A DNA stretch of 63,045 bases from Oscillospiraceae bacterium (GTDB taxonomy: Bacteria > Bacillota > Clostridia > Oscillospirales > Oscillospiraceae), in assembly GCA_017445985.1 (NCBI GenBank), contig JAFSRS010000008.1, positions 1 through 63,045 on the forward strand, in the 5' to 3' direction. The notes beneath the pieces were generated by a model. That model was not told where the DNA came from. It worked only from the letters and a program-made list of their open reading frames with translations, and did no database searches. Shown here piece by piece: positions 34,299 through 44,687 of the stretch (positions within the stretch are counted from its first letter, which is position 1; each line of letters starts with the position of its first letter). A program made the position numbers and the translations under genes.

Positions 34299-35416
34299 TC
34301 TATCTGGATTCCGCCGCGACGAGCCTTTACAAGCCGCCCGCGGTCGCGAACGCGGTCCTCCACGCGATGCGGACGATGGCTTCGCCGGGCCGCGGCGCGC
34401 ACCGTCCCGCGATGGCCGCGGCGGAGCTCTGTTACCGCTGCCGGGAGCGCGCCGCCCGGTTGTTCGGCGTGTCCGAGCCGGACCGCGTCGTCCTGACCTT
34501 CAACGCGACCCACGGGCTGAATATCGCGATCCGCTCTCTCGTGCCGCCCGGCGGGCGCGTCCTGGTCTCCGGTTGGGAGCACAACGCCGTCACCCGGCCT
34601 CTGTACGCCCTGGGCGCGGAGCTTCGGATCGTGAAAACCCCGCTCTTCGACCGCACGGCCTTTCTCCGGGAGGCTGCGCGCCTGATCGAGGGGGTGGACG
34701 CCGTGATCTGCACCCAGGTTTCCAACGTGTTCGGCTTCATTCTTCCGATCGAAGAGCTGGCGGCGCTCTGCCGGGCGCGGGAGGTGCCTCTGGTGATCGA
34801 CGCCTCCCAGGGGGCGGGCGTGCTCCCGCTGAACTTTGACCGGCTCGGCGCGGCTTTTGCCGCGATGCCGGGCCATAAGGGACTGATGGGGCCCCAGGGC
34901 ACGGGCCTGCTCTTATGTCAAAATGATGCAAGGCCGCTGTTATATGGCGGCAGCGGCTCGGAGAGCCGAAACCCGGATATGCCCTCGTTTTTGCCGGACA
35001 GACTGGAGGCGGGAACGCCGAACGTCTGCGGGATCGCGGGCCTGTACGCGGCGCTGGGCTGGCTGCTGGACAAGGGAACGGAGCGCGTCCGCGCCGGGGA
35101 ATGGCGGCTGCTGCGCACGCTGGCGGACGCGCTGGCCGCGACGGGCCGCCTTCAGCTTTTCGACAGCGGCGACCCGGAGGCCCAGACCGGCGTGTTGAGC
35201 GTGATCCCGAAGGGGATGAGCTGCGACGCGCTGGCTGAAGCGCTCGGAACGCAGGGCGTTGCGGTCCGCAGCGGCCTGCACTGCGCTCCTTTGGCCCACG
35301 AAACGGCGGGCACGCTGGACACCGGAACGCTGCGATTCAGCGTCTCTCCCTTCCTCAGCGGCGCGCAGACGGAGCGCGCCGCCGCTATCTGCGAAAAAAT
35401 TCTGAAATCCGCGTGA
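34295..35416 (+). CDS. class V aminotransferase-fold cysteine desulfurase / selenocysteine lyase-like enzyme
   Basis: VIYLDSAATS start region, PLP lysine in MPGHKGLMGPQG, group-II-type RSGLHCAP active-site Cys loop. Confidence 0.85.
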   Translation: MIYLDSAATSLYKPPAVANAVLHAMRTMASPGRGAHRPAMAAAELCYRCRERAARLFGVSEPDRVVLTFNATHGLNIAIRSLVPPGGRVLVSGWEHNAVTRPLYALGAELRIVKTPLFDRTAFLREAARLIEGVDAVICTQVSNVFGFILPIEELAALCRAREVPLVIDASQGAGVLPLNFDRLGAAFAAMPGHKGLMGPQGTGLLLCQNDARPLLYGGSGSESRNPDMPSFLPDRLEAGTPNVCGIAGLYAALGWLLDKGTERVRAGEWRLLRTLADALAATGRLQLFDSGDPEAQTGVLSVIPKGMSCDALAEALGTQGVAVRSGLHCAPLAHETAGTLDTGTLRFSVSPFLSGAQTERAAAICEKILKSA

Positions 35417-35433
35417 TTTTCGCCGAATTTCAT

Positions 35434-35462
35434 TTGCCATTCCGCGCAGGATGGATTATAAT
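35434..35462 (+). promoter_or_regulatory. sigma-A-type promoter candidate for cdaA-cdaR
   Basis: TTGCCA (35434-35439), 17-nt spacer, TATAAT (35457-35462). Confidence 0.55.
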
Positions 35463-35509
35463 ATATTGTCTGGAATGATACGATCCTCAAAAGAAGAAAA
35501 GGAAACGCT

Positions 35510-36367
35510 ATGACAACGATAAGCGAGACCCTGAGCCGGGCCATCAATTACATAACGCATATCGGCGTTGCGGACGTGTTCGACATCCTGATCGTCGCGA
35601 TCCTGATCTACGCCTTCCTCCGCATCGTCCGCCGCTCCAACGCGATCCGCGTGGCGCGGGGGATCGTGGTGCTGGTGCTCGTGCTCTGGCTGAGCGGGGC
35701 GCTGCGCATGACGATGCTGAACTTCCTGCTGCGCAGAGCGCTTGAGCTCGGGTTGATCGCCATCCTGATCCTGTTTCAGCCGGAGCTGCGCCGGGTGCTG
35801 GAAAAGGTGGGGAGCAGGCGGCTGGCTCTGGGCCTCTTCGGGGGCGAGTTCCGCACCCTGCACATGGAGTCCGTGATCACGCAGACCGTTCTGGCCTGCG
35901 CGGACATGAGCGCCACGCGCACCGGCGCGCTGATTATCTTCGTGCGGGACAACCAGCTCAACGATCCGATCAGCACCGGGACCCTCGTGGACGCGGAGGT
36001 CACGGCGGAGCTGCTGAAAAACATCTTTTTCGTCAAGGCGCCCCTGCACGACGGCGCGGTCATCATCAAGGACGGCCGGCTCGCCGCCGCGGGCTGCATG
36101 CTCCCGATGAGCTCCAACATGAATCTGAGCAAGGAGCTGGGCATGCGGCACCGGGCGGGCATCGGCATGAGTGAGCAGAGCGACGCAGTGGTGGTCATCG
36201 TCTCCGAGGAGACCGGCGCAATCTCCGTCGCCATTGACGGGATGCTCAAACGCCATCTCTCCCCGGAGACGGTGGAGACCATCCTCCGGCGGGAGCTGAT
36301 GCCCCAGGACGACGAAAAGCTCAGATGGAATCCCCTGGACCTGATCAGAGGCAAGAAGCATGAATAA
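35510..36367 (+). CDS. cdaA: diadenylate cyclase CdaA
   Basis: Three N-terminal TM helices. DAC domain with HDGAVII and GMRHRAG motifs. Confidence 0.95.
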   Translation: MTTISETLSRAINYITHIGVADVFDILIVAILIYAFLRIVRRSNAIRVARGIVVLVLVLWLSGALRMTMLNFLLRRALELGLIAILILFQPELRRVLEKVGSRRLALGLFGGEFRTLHMESVITQTVLACADMSATRTGALIIFVRDNQLNDPISTGTLVDAEVTAELLKNIFFVKAPLHDGAVIIKDGRLAAAGCMLPMSSNMNLSKELGMRHRAGIGMSEQSDAVVVIVSEETGAISVAIDGMLKRHLSPETVETILRRELMPQDDEKLRWNPLDLIRGKKHE

Positions 36368-37658
36368 GAAAAAAACCGAACAAAACAAGAGTGTCCACAA
36401 CATCCTGTGGTTCGCGCTCTCCCTGCTGGCGGCGGTGCTGCTCTGGGTCTACGTCACCGAGAACGAGGGACAGGAGATCACGGTGCCGCTCCCCGGCGTC
36501 CAGGTGAGCTTCAACGGCGAGAGCACGATGCGGGAGAACCGCGAAATGATCGTCTCGGACGTGAGCACCACCTCCGTCACGGTCACGGTCACCGGCAGCC
36601 GCCGCGTCGTTTCCGCCATGAAGGCCTCCGATCTGAGCGCGGTGATCGACCTGAACAATATCACGCGCACCGGCAGCAACTCCCGCGTGCCTGAGATCAA
36701 GTTCTCCTCCCGCACGGATATGAGCGCCATCACCACCGTCACCACCGACCCGGACGTGGTGAACTTCTACGTGGACAAGCTGGCGAAGCGGACCGTGGAG
36801 CTGGTGGGCGTATTCAACGGCAGCGCCGCGGAGGGCTACAGTGCCGAGCCGCTGGTCTTTTCGCCCTCCACCGTGATCGTCTACGGTCCGGAAAAGGTCC
36901 TGAATACGATCAAGAGCGCTTACGTGGAGGTCACGCGCACGGACGTGGACCATACGCTCAGCTTTGAGAGCACCTACGTTTTGATCGACGCGGAAGGCGC
37001 GGAGGTCGAGAGCGACGAGCTGACCTTCAGCGAGAGCGTCGTCAACGTGACCCTGCCGATCCTGGCGGTGAAGGAGGTCGGCCTGACGATCGAGCTGACC
37101 GCCGGCGGCGGCGCGACCGAGAGCAACGTGCGCTGGAAGCTGGAACCCGCTACGATCATCCTGTCCGGCGACGCGGAGGTCCTCAGCGGCGTCAACAGCA
37201 TCCCCGTCGCCCGGATCGACCTGAGTCTGGTGGATGAACCGCTCACCGAGACCTACCGGATCGAGCTTCCCAACAACACGGAACTTACCTCCGGCACACG
37301 CGAAACGACCCTGACGCTGGAGGTCACGGGCCTCTACAGCGAGCTGTTCACCATCGAGGGCTCCAATATCTCCGTGATCAACGTCAGCGAGGGCTTCACC
37401 GCCGAGGTGATGAATTCCAGCCTGACCGACGTGGTGATCCGCGGGCCGGAGGAGGTCTTGAAGAACCTCTCCAATCTGAATATCCGCGCGGTGGCCGACC
37501 TGCGCAATTACGGGACCGCGACGGGCATCGTGTCCGTGCCGGTGAAGATCAGCATCAACGGCACGACCGAGGCCGGAGCCGTCGGCGAATACAGCGTCTA
37601 CGTCAATATCGTGGAGCAGGAGAAGGCGCCCGCGGAGGAAGGGGAGGACGGACCTTGA
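36360..37658 (+). CDS. cdaR: CdaR (YbbR-domain) regulator of CdaA
   Basis: N-terminal TM anchor, four YbbR-like repeats. Overlaps the cdaA stop, the conserved cdaA-cdaR arrangement. Confidence 0.85.
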   Translation: MNKKKTEQNKSVHNILWFALSLLAAVLLWVYVTENEGQEITVPLPGVQVSFNGESTMRENREMIVSDVSTTSVTVTVTGSRRVVSAMKASDLSAVIDLNNITRTGSNSRVPEIKFSSRTDMSAITTVTTDPDVVNFYVDKLAKRTVELVGVFNGSAAEGYSAEPLVFSPSTVIVYGPEKVLNTIKSAYVEVTRTDVDHTLSFESTYVLIDAEGAEVESDELTFSESVVNVTLPILAVKEVGLTIELTAGGGATESNVRWKLEPATIILSGDAEVLSGVNSIPVARIDLSLVDEPLTETYRIELPNNTELTSGTRETTLTLEVTGLYSELFTIEGSNISVINVSEGFTAEVMNSSLTDVVIRGPEEVLKNLSNLNIRAVADLRNYGTATGIVSVPVKISINGTTEAGAVGEYSVYVNIVEQEKAPAEEGEDGP

Positions 37659-38533
37659 TCATGAGCATGACCGGCTACGGCAGCGCGAAAGGGAGCTGCT
37701 GCGGCCTGAATCTGAGCCTGGAGCTCAAAAGCGTGAACAACCGTTATCTGGATTGCTCCGTGCGCTTGCCGCGCAATCTGCTTTTCGCGGAGGAAGCGGT
37801 CAAGGCGGCGGTGCAGAAGCACATCTCCCGCGGCAAGGTGGACGTGTTCGTAAACCTTGAGCGTACCGAATCCGACGACGTGGTGGTGCGCGTCAACCAG
37901 ACGCTGGCCAGAGGCTACGCGGAGGCGATCCGTTCCGCCGCGGCGGCTCTGGACCTGAACGGCGCGATCGCCGCGATCGAGCTGTGCCGCTACCCCGACG
38001 TTCTGAGCGTGGAGAAACGGGAGCTGGATCAGGACGCGCTGCGGGAGGGCCTGCAGACCCTGACGGAGACGGCGCTTTCGGATTTCGACGCGATGCGCGG
38101 CAGAGAGGGCGAGCGCCTGCGTACTGACGTCGCTTCGCGGCTGGACACGATCGAGGCGCTGGTGGGAGAGGTCGAGACCCGGAGCCCGGAGACCGTCAAG
38201 GCCTATCGGGAACGGCTTTACCAGAAAATGTGCGAGGTTTTGGAGAGCAAAACCATCGACGAACAGCGGATCTTACTCGAAGCGGGTATTTTCGCCGACA
38301 AGGTCGCGGTGGACGAGGAGACGGTCCGTCTCCGCAGCCATATCAACCAGCTGCGCGGGATGCTGGAGACCGGCTCTCCCATCGGACGCAAGATGGATTT
38401 CCTGGTGCAGGAATTCAACCGCGAGGCCAATACGATCGGCTCCAAGTGCTCCGACAGCGCGGTCACCAAACTCGTGATCGAGCTGAAAAGCGAGATCGAG
38501 AAGATCCGGGAGCAGGTCCAGAACATCGAATAA
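37655..38533 (+). CDS. YicC/YloC family protein
   Basis: MIMSMTGYG N-terminus matches the family consensus. C-terminal GRKMDFLVQEFNREANTIGSK motif. TTG start overlaps the cdaR stop. Confidence 0.9.
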   Translation: MIMSMTGYGSAKGSCCGLNLSLELKSVNNRYLDCSVRLPRNLLFAEEAVKAAVQKHISRGKVDVFVNLERTESDDVVVRVNQTLARGYAEAIRSAAAALDLNGAIAAIELCRYPDVLSVEKRELDQDALREGLQTLTETALSDFDAMRGREGERLRTDVASRLDTIEALVGEVETRSPETVKAYRERLYQKMCEVLESKTIDEQRILLEAGIFADKVAVDEETVRLRSHINQLRGMLETGSPIGRKMDFLVQEFNREANTIGSKCSDSAVTKLVIELKSEIEKIREQVQNIE

Positions 38534-38559
38534 AAAACGAGTAACAGGGGGCTGGTGCT

Positions 38560-38841
38560 GTGGAGAGCCTGAAGCTTATCAATATCGGATTTGGAAATAT
38601 GATCGCGGCCAATCGGCTGATGGCGATCGTGAGTCCGGAATCCGCGCCGATCAAGCGGATCATTTCCGACGCGCGGGAGCGCGGGATGCTGGTGGACGCC
38701 ACCTACGGGCGGCGGACGCGCGCCGTGATCCTGATGGACAACGGCCACATCATTTTGTCGGCGATCCAGCCGTCCACCGTCGCGGGCCGCATGAGCCCGC
38801 TTGGGGACCGCGCGGCGGGAGAGGAGGACAGCGATGGCTAA
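38560..38841 (+). CDS. remA: RemA/YlzA (DUF370) regulator
   Basis: [28 protein letters not shown]...[16 protein letters not shown] is the DUF370 signature. Confidence 0.92.
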   Translation: MESLKLINIGFGNMIAANRLMAIVSPESAPIKRIISDARERGMLVDATYGRRTRAVILMDNGHIILSAIQPSTVAGRMSPLGDRAAGEEDSDG

Positions 38842-39403
38842 GGGAGCATTGATCGTCGTTTCCGCGCCCAGCGGCAGCGGCAAGAGCACGATCCTTCACA
38901 GGCTGCTGGAGCAGCGCGAGAATCTGCGCTTTTCCATCTCCGCCACGACCCGCGCGCCGCGGGAGGGCGAGCAGCACGGTGTGGACTATTATTTTGTGAC
39001 GCAGGATCGCTTCCTTGAAATGATCGAGGAGGACGCTTTCCTGGAGCACGCGGAGTTCGTTGGGAACCACTACGGAACGCCCCGCGCGGAGGTCGAGCAG
39101 CGCCTGGAGGACGGCTACGACGTGTATCTGGATATCGACGTCCAGGGCGCGCTGCAGGTCCGGGAAAAACGGCCCGAAACCCTTTTGATCTTTATCCTTC
39201 CGCCGAGCATGGAGGAGCTGGAACACCGCCTGATCTCCCGCGGGAAGGACGACATGGAGACGATCCGCCGCCGTCTGGCCGAGGCTGAGCGGGAATGCTC
39301 GGTCAAGGATCGGTTCGACTACGTCGTCGTCAACGACGAGGTAGACCGCGCCGCCGCCGAGATCAGCGGGATCATTGATGGATACAAACAGAGAATGAAA
39401 TAA
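38834..39403 (+). CDS. gmk: guanylate kinase
   Basis: P-loop [26 protein letters not shown] 38834 overlaps the remA end. Confidence 0.95.
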   Translation: MAKGALIVVSAPSGSGKSTILHRLLEQRENLRFSISATTRAPREGEQHGVDYYFVTQDRFLEMIEEDAFLEHAEFVGNHYGTPRAEVEQRLEDGYDVYLDIDVQGALQVREKRPETLLIFILPPSMEELEHRLISRGKDDMETIRRRLAEAERECSVKDRFDYVVVNDEVDRAAAEISGIIDGYKQRMK

Positions 39404-39420
39404 TTTATGAGGTGATAAAA

Positions 39421-39615
39421 ATGTTACTTTATCCTCCCGTCGCCGAGCTGGCCGAGAAGGTCGGCAGTCGGTATCAGCTTGTCAATGTAATCGCGCAGCG
39501 GGCGCGTGAGATCTCCGCGGAGTATGAAAACATGGGCGAGCCCCTGGACGAGAAGGCCGTCAGCATCGCGATCAACGAGGTCTACTCCGGCAAGCTGAGC
39601 GTCAGCAAGGACTAA
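39421..39615 (+). CDS. rpoZ: DNA-directed RNA polymerase subunit omega
   Basis: GSRYQLVNVIAQRAREI motif. GAGGTGA RBS before ATG 39421. Confidence 0.9.
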   Translation: MLLYPPVAELAEKVGSRYQLVNVIAQRAREISAEYENMGEPLDEKAVSIAINEVYSGKLSVSKD

Positions 39616-39655
39616 ATTCCAATCTGCAATCAGCAATGCGAGGAGGTCGTCGGCT

Positions 39656-41905
39656 TTGGCGGATACCTTTGTCAAGGTTGCGGTCTCTGATCTGAGCTAT
39701 TGGCTGGACCGCCCCTATTCTTATCTGGTCCCGCCCTCGATGGCGGCGCCCGTCGCACCGGGGACGCGGGTCTCCGTGCCCTTTTCGCGCAGCAACCGCC
39801 GCGCGGAGGGCGTGGTGCTCAGCGTTTCGGACCGCTGCGATTATGACGAGCCGAAGGCGATCTTATCCGTGCTGGATGAGTCCCCGGTCCTGACGCAGAA
39901 GCAGTTGGACCTGGCCCTCTGGATGCGGGAGCGCTTTTTCTGCACGGTTTACGAGGCCATCAAGGCGATCCTTCCCGCGGGACTCTGGTTCACGGGGGAC
40001 GGAAAGCGCCGCGCGAAGGACAAGCAGACCGAGTTCGTCCGGCTGCTGCTCTCACCCGAGGAGGCGTTGGCCCTGGCGGCGCAGAAGGAGCGGCAGGCGA
40101 AGGCGCAATCGTCCCTGCTGCGGCTGCTCAGCGCGGTCGGCGAGGCGAGCGTCGCGGATCTCCGGGATATGACCGGCGCGTCCAGAGCCAGCGTGAAAAG
40201 CCTGGTGGAGCTGGGCGCGGCGGAGCTGTATTTGCGGGAGACCTTTCGCCGTCCGTCCTTTCAGCGCGGGGCTGCCCGTGCGGCGCTGCCGGAGCTGAAC
40301 GAGCCGCAGACACGGGTCTTTGACGGCCTGTCCGCGCTGCTGGGCACCGGCGCGCGGGGCGCGCTGCTCTTCGGTGTGACCGGAAGCGGCAAGACCGCGG
40401 TCTATATCCGCCTGATTGCCGAGACCCTCCGCCGTGGGAAGAGCGTGATCCTGCTGGTGCCGGAGATCGCCCTGACGCCGCAGATGCTGGAGACCTTCTC
40501 CTCCTATTTCGGGGAGGACATCGCCGTGCTCCATTCCTCGCTCTCCGTCGCGGAGCGCTACGACGAGTGGAAGCGCGTCCGGCGGGGCGAGGCGCGGCTG
40601 GTGATCGGCACCCGCAGCGCCGTCTTTGCCCCGGCGGAAAACCTCGGGCTCATCGTGATCGACGAGGAGCAGGAGGACAGCTATAAATCCGAGAACGCCC
40701 CGCGCTACCATGCGCGGGACGTGGCAAAATTCCGCTGCGCGCAGGACGGCGCGCTGCTGCTTCTGGGCTCGGCGACGCCGCTGATCGCCTCCTATTATCA
40801 GGCGGAGAGCGGGAACTATGCCCTGTTCGAGCTGCGGGAGCGTTATAACCAACGCGCCTTGCCGGAGGTCCGGATCGTGGACATGAAGCGGGAGCTTCGC
40901 GCGGGCAACGGCAGCTCGATCAGCTCCGTCCTTCGGGACGAGCTGGCGGCGAACCTGGAACGTGGGGAGCAGAGCATCCTGTTCCTGAACCGCCGGGGCA
41001 CCGCCCGGCTCATCACCTGCGTCGATTGCGGCTTCACCTTCCGGTGTCCGAACTGCTCGGTCAACCTGACCTGGCACGAGGGCGCCCGCCGCGTCGTCTG
41101 CCACCAATGCGGCTATACGCGCCGGGTCCCGGAGCGCTGCCCGGACTGCGGCGGCACGCTGCGCTATACCGGGGACGGAACCGAACGGGTCGAGACCCAG
41201 CTTGGAGAGCTGTTTCCCGGCGTCGGGGTGCTCCGCGTGGACGCGGACGCCGTCGCCGCGGCGGGCGGACACGATCCGCTGTTCCGCCGCTTTCAGGAGG
41301 AACGCATCCCCATCATGGTCGGGACCCAGATGGTGACGAAGGGCCTGAACTTCGAGAACGTGACCCTGGTCGGCGTCCTCTCGGCGGACCAGAGCCTCTA
41401 CGCCGCCGATTACCGGGCGGGGGAGCGCAGCTTCTCCCTGATGACCCAGGTCATCGGGCGGGGAGGCCGCGCGGAGAAGCCTGGCCGGGCGGTCATCCAG
41501 ACCTTCACGCCGGAGAATCCGGTGATCCGCCACGCGGCGCGGCAGGACTATCCCGCCTTCTACCGCGGGGAGCTGGAGCTCCGGCGCGTCCAGCGCTGCC
41601 CGCCCTTCGCGCAGCTCATTTCCCTGACCGTGACGGGCATGGACGAGCAGCGGGTCCTGGCGGCCTGCTCCGAGCTGCGCGGTCTGCTGCTCCACGCGCT
41701 GCGAGACACCCTGGGCGCGGACGTGCTCGGCCCGGCGCCCTATCCGGTGGTCAAGGTGATGGGGCGTTACCGTTACCGTCTGACCCTGCGCTGTCAGCCG
41801 GACAAAACGATCCGCGCGATCGTCAGCCGGCTGTTGATCTACAGCAACACCCAAAAAGAAAATCGCGGTGTGTCCGTTTACGCGGACATGGACCCGCTCA
41901 ACTGA
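39656..41905 (+). CDS. priA: primosomal protein N' (PriA helicase)
   Basis: Walker A GVTGSGKT, DEEQE box, Cys-rich zinc region CVDCG...CPNCS...CHQCG...CPDCG. Confidence 0.95.
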   Translation: MADTFVKVAVSDLSYWLDRPYSYLVPPSMAAPVAPGTRVSVPFSRSNRRAEGVVLSVSDRCDYDEPKAILSVLDESPVLTQKQLDLALWMRERFFCTVYEAIKAILPAGLWFTGDGKRRAKDKQTEFVRLLLSPEEALALAAQKERQAKAQSSLLRLLSAVGEASVADLRDMTGASRASVKSLVELGAAELYLRETFRRPSFQRGAARAALPELNEPQTRVFDGLSALLGTGARGALLFGVTGSGKTAVYIRLIAETLRRGKSVILLVPEIALTPQMLETFSSYFGEDIAVLHSSLSVAERYDEWKRVRRGEARLVIGTRSAVFAPAENLGLIVIDEEQEDSYKSENAPRYHARDVAKFRCAQDGALLLLGSATPLIASYYQAESGNYALFELRERYNQRALPEVRIVDMKRELRAGNGSSISSVLRDELAANLERGEQSILFLNRRGTARLITCVDCGFTFRCPNCSVNLTWHEGARRVVCHQCGYTRRVPERCPDCGGTLRYTGDGTERVETQLGELFPGVGVLRVDADAVAAAGGHDPLFRRFQEERIPIMVGTQMVTKGLNFENVTLVGVLSADQSLYAADYRAGERSFSLMTQVIGRGGRAEKPGRAVIQTFTPENPVIRHAARQDYPAFYRGELELRRVQRCPPFAQLISLTVTGMDEQRVLAACSELRGLLLHALRDTLGADVLGPAPYPVVKVMGRYRYRLTLRCQPDKTIRAIVSRLLIYSNTQKENRGVSVYADMDPLN

Positions 41906-41915
41906 GGAGTAAGAC

Positions 41916-42443
41916 ATGGCTCTGAGAAACATCGTGGAAAAGGGTGACAAGGTGCTGAACACGCACTGCCGCCCCGTGACAAAATTCGACGCAAAGCTGC
42001 ACACCCTGTTGGACGACATGGGGGAGACCCTGCGCCGTGCGGACGGCGTCGGCCTTGCCGCGCCCCAGGTGGGCATCCTTCGCCGCGCCGTGCTGGTGCT
42101 GGAAACGAACGTCCCGGAGGGCGAGGAGGAATACGTCATCGAGCTCATCAACCCGGAGATCGTTGAGCAGAGCGGCAGCCAGACCGGACCGGAGGGCTGC
42201 CTGAGCCTGCCCGGCATTTACGGCTGGGTCGAGCGCCCGGACCGCGTGAAGGTCCGCGCCCAGGACCGCAACGGCAAGTGGTTCGAGGTCGAGGGCGTCG
42301 GCCTGACGGCCCGGGCCTTCTGCCACGAGCTGAACCATCTGGATGGCGTCCTGTTTGACAGCCTCGCCGATCACATCATGGACGACGAGGAGCTGGACGC
42401 CTATTATCACCGGAACGCCGAGCCGGAGGAAGAGGAAGCCTGA
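41916..42443 (+). CDS. def: peptide deformylase
   Basis: GVGLAAPQVG, EGCLS, HELNHL motifs. Confidence 0.96.
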   Translation: MALRNIVEKGDKVLNTHCRPVTKFDAKLHTLLDDMGETLRRADGVGLAAPQVGILRRAVLVLETNVPEGEEEYVIELINPEIVEQSGSQTGPEGCLSLPGIYGWVERPDRVKVRAQDRNGKWFEVEGVGLTARAFCHELNHLDGVLFDSLADHIMDDEELDAYYHRNAEPEEEEA

Positions 42444-43363
42444 TGCGGATCGTGTTTATGGGGACGCCGGATTTTGCGGCGGCCTCGCTGGAACGGCTGA
42501 TCGACCGCGGTTATGAGGTCGTCGGCGTTTTTTCCCAGCCGGACAAGCCCCGCGGGCGGGGCATGGAGCTGAGTCCCTCGCCGGTCAAGGCCCTGGCGCT
42601 CGCCCACGATATCCCGGTGTTCCAGCCGGTGAAGATGCGGGACGGGACCGCCCTCGCGCAGATGCAGGCCTTGAAGCCCGATCTGGTGGTCGTGGTGGCC
42701 TACGGGCGTATCCTGCCCGACGAGCTCCTTGCCGTCCCGCCCCTCGGCTGCATCAACGTCCACGGCTCGCTGCTGCCAGCCTACCGTGGCAGCGCCCCGA
42801 TCCAGTGGGCGGTGCTGAACGGGGAGCGCGTGACCGGCGTGACGACGATGTATCTGGCCAGCGAGATGGACGCGGGGGACACGATCCTCTGCCGGGAGAC
42901 GACGATCGGGGAGTTCGAGACCAGCGGCGAGCTGTTTGACCGGCTCAAGGTCATGGGCGCTGAATTGTTGGATGAGACCTTGCAGGCCATCGAAGCGGGC
43001 ACGGCTCCGCGGACTCCGCAGGACCACAGCCGCGCGACCTATACGACCCAGCTCGACAAGTCCATGTGTCCCATCAACTGGGACCGGAGCCCGCGGGAGA
43101 TCGTCAAGCATATCTGCGGCCTGCAGCCCTGGCCCGTCGCCACGACGGAGCTGGAGGGCAAGACTTTCCGCGTGTTCGCCGCGGCCTATACCGATCATCA
43201 CACGGACAAGGCCCCCGGCAGCCTCGTCGCCGCCGGACGGGACGGCATCGAGTTCGCCTGCGCGGACGGCGATACCCTGTTGGTGACTGAGCTGCAGGCG
43301 CCGGGCAAGAAGCGGATGCGCGCGGGAGACTGGCTCCTGGGCCACCCGCTCAAAATCGACTGA
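42443..43363 (+). CDS. fmt: methionyl-tRNA formyltransferase
   Basis: MRIVFMGTPDFA start, NVHGSLLPAYRGSAPIQ motif. Confidence 0.96.
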   Translation: MRIVFMGTPDFAAASLERLIDRGYEVVGVFSQPDKPRGRGMELSPSPVKALALAHDIPVFQPVKMRDGTALAQMQALKPDLVVVVAYGRILPDELLAVPPLGCINVHGSLLPAYRGSAPIQWAVLNGERVTGVTTMYLASEMDAGDTILCRETTIGEFETSGELFDRLKVMGAELLDETLQAIEAGTAPRTPQDHSRATYTTQLDKSMCPINWDRSPREIVKHICGLQPWPVATTELEGKTFRVFAAAYTDHHTDKAPGSLVAAGRDGIEFACADGDTLLVTELQAPGKKRMRAGDWLLGHPLKID

Positions 43364-43364
43364 C

Positions 43365-44687
43365 ATGGGCGACGCGCGGAAAGCGGCGCTGAGCGCCCTG
43401 GAAAAATGCCGCCGGGCCCAGGCCTGGTCCGACGCGGTGCTGGGCAGCGTGATGGACGCCGCCGGACTGGAGGGGCCGGACCGCGGCCTCTGCACCGCGC
43501 TCTGTTACGGCGTGCTGCAAAACCGGAGCTGGCTGGATTACGCGGTGGCGCAATCTTCCAGTCTGCCCCTGCAGCGCATCGAGCCGAAGGTCCTGGATAT
43601 CCTGCGGCTGAGTCTGTATCAGCTCTTCTTCCTGAAACGCGTCCCGCCCTACGCGGCGGTGAACGAGGGCGTGAGCCTCTGCCGTGCCGCGAAACTGCCG
43701 CGGGCCGCGGGCTTCGTCAACGCGGTGCTGCGAAAATGCGCGGCGATGGAGCGGATGCCGGAGCCTGGACCGGAAACGGCACTCCCGGAGCGGCTGAGCA
43801 TCCTGTATTCCCACCCCCGCTGGCTGGTGGAGCTTCTGTCGGAGCGGCTGGGACCGGAGGAGGCGGAGGCTTTCCTCCGCGCCGACAACGCCGTGCCGCC
43901 CCTTGCTTTGCAGACGAATACGCTTCGTATCTCGCCCCCGGAGCTGGCGAAGGAGCTTTCCGCCGAAGGCGTGGAAACGGAGCTTTCCCGATCTTGTCCC
44001 GAGACCCTGTTCGCCCGGAATACCGGCGATCTGCGCCGTACGGCGGCCTTTCAAAACGGAAAATTCTACGTGCAGGACCCCGCGGCCCACTTCGCCGTTC
44101 TCGCCGCCGCGCCACAAACCGGAGAGCGGATCCTGGACCTCTGCGCCGCGCCGGGAGGCAAGAGCTTCGCCGCCGCCATCGCGGCGGAGGGCGGCGCGGA
44201 GCTTACCGCCTGCGACCTGCATGAGAACAAGCTCAAACGCGTCCGGGAGGGCGCGGCGCGGCTGGGCGTCTCTCTGGAGACCCTCGCCGCCGACGCGCGG
44301 GAAAACCGCCCGGACTGGAACGCTCAGTTTGATCTGGTGATTGCCGACGTGCCCTGCAGCGGGCTGGGCGTGATCCGCAAGAAACCGGATATCCGCTGGA
44401 AGGACCCGGCGGAGTGCAACGGCCTCCCCGCGATCCAGCGCGCGATCCTGGACAACGCCGCGCGTTACGTGCGCCCAGGCGGTCGGCTGCTCTACGCCAC
44501 CTGCACGATCCGCGCCGAGGAAAACGAGCTGGTCGCGGGCGCGTTTTTGGACGTGCATACGGAATTTGGACCGCTCGACTTCCGAAGCCCCTGGGGCGAC
44601 GCGAGCGAGCGCGGGATGCTGCAGCTCTGGCCCCAGCGCCAGGGCACCGACGGATTCTTTATTTCCCTGATGAGGAGAACGAAATGA
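43365..44687 (+). CDS. rsmB: 16S rRNA (cytosine967-C5)-methyltransferase
   Basis: NusB-like N domain. SAM motif DLCAAPGGKS. Catalytic DVPCSGLGV and YATCT cysteines. Confidence 0.92.
   Translation: MGDARKAALSALEKCRRAQAWSDAVLGSVMDAAGLEGPDRGLCTALCYGVLQNRSWLDYAVAQSSSLPLQRIEPKVLDILRLSLYQLFFLKRVPPYAAVNEGVSLCRAAKLPRAAGFVNAVLRKCAAMERMPEPGPETALPERLSILYSHPRWLVELLSERLGPEEAEAFLRADNAVPPLALQTNTLRISPPELAKELSAEGVETELSRSCPETLFARNTGDLRRTAAFQNGKFYVQDPAAHFAVLAAAPQTGERILDLCAAPGGKSFAAAIAAEGGAELTACDLHENKLKRVREGAARLGVSLETLAADARENRPDWNAQFDLVIADVPCSGLGVIRKKPDIRWKDPAECNGLPAIQRAILDNAARYVRPGGRLLYATCTIRAEENELVAGAFLDVHTEFGPLDFRSPWGDASERGMLQLWPQRQGTDGFFISLMRRTK

Noticed and set aside
40052-42217. 721-aa - strand ORF opposite priA and def
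   Set aside because: Same antisense artefact. It spans two well-supported + strand genes and their junction, which a real gene would not do.
44414-44683. 5' extension of the rlmN ORF (start at 44414)
   Set aside because: It lies entirely inside rsmB in another frame and is Arg/Pro-rich. RlmN family N-termini match MTDLRSLLPEELE...YRAKQ, starting at ATG 44684.
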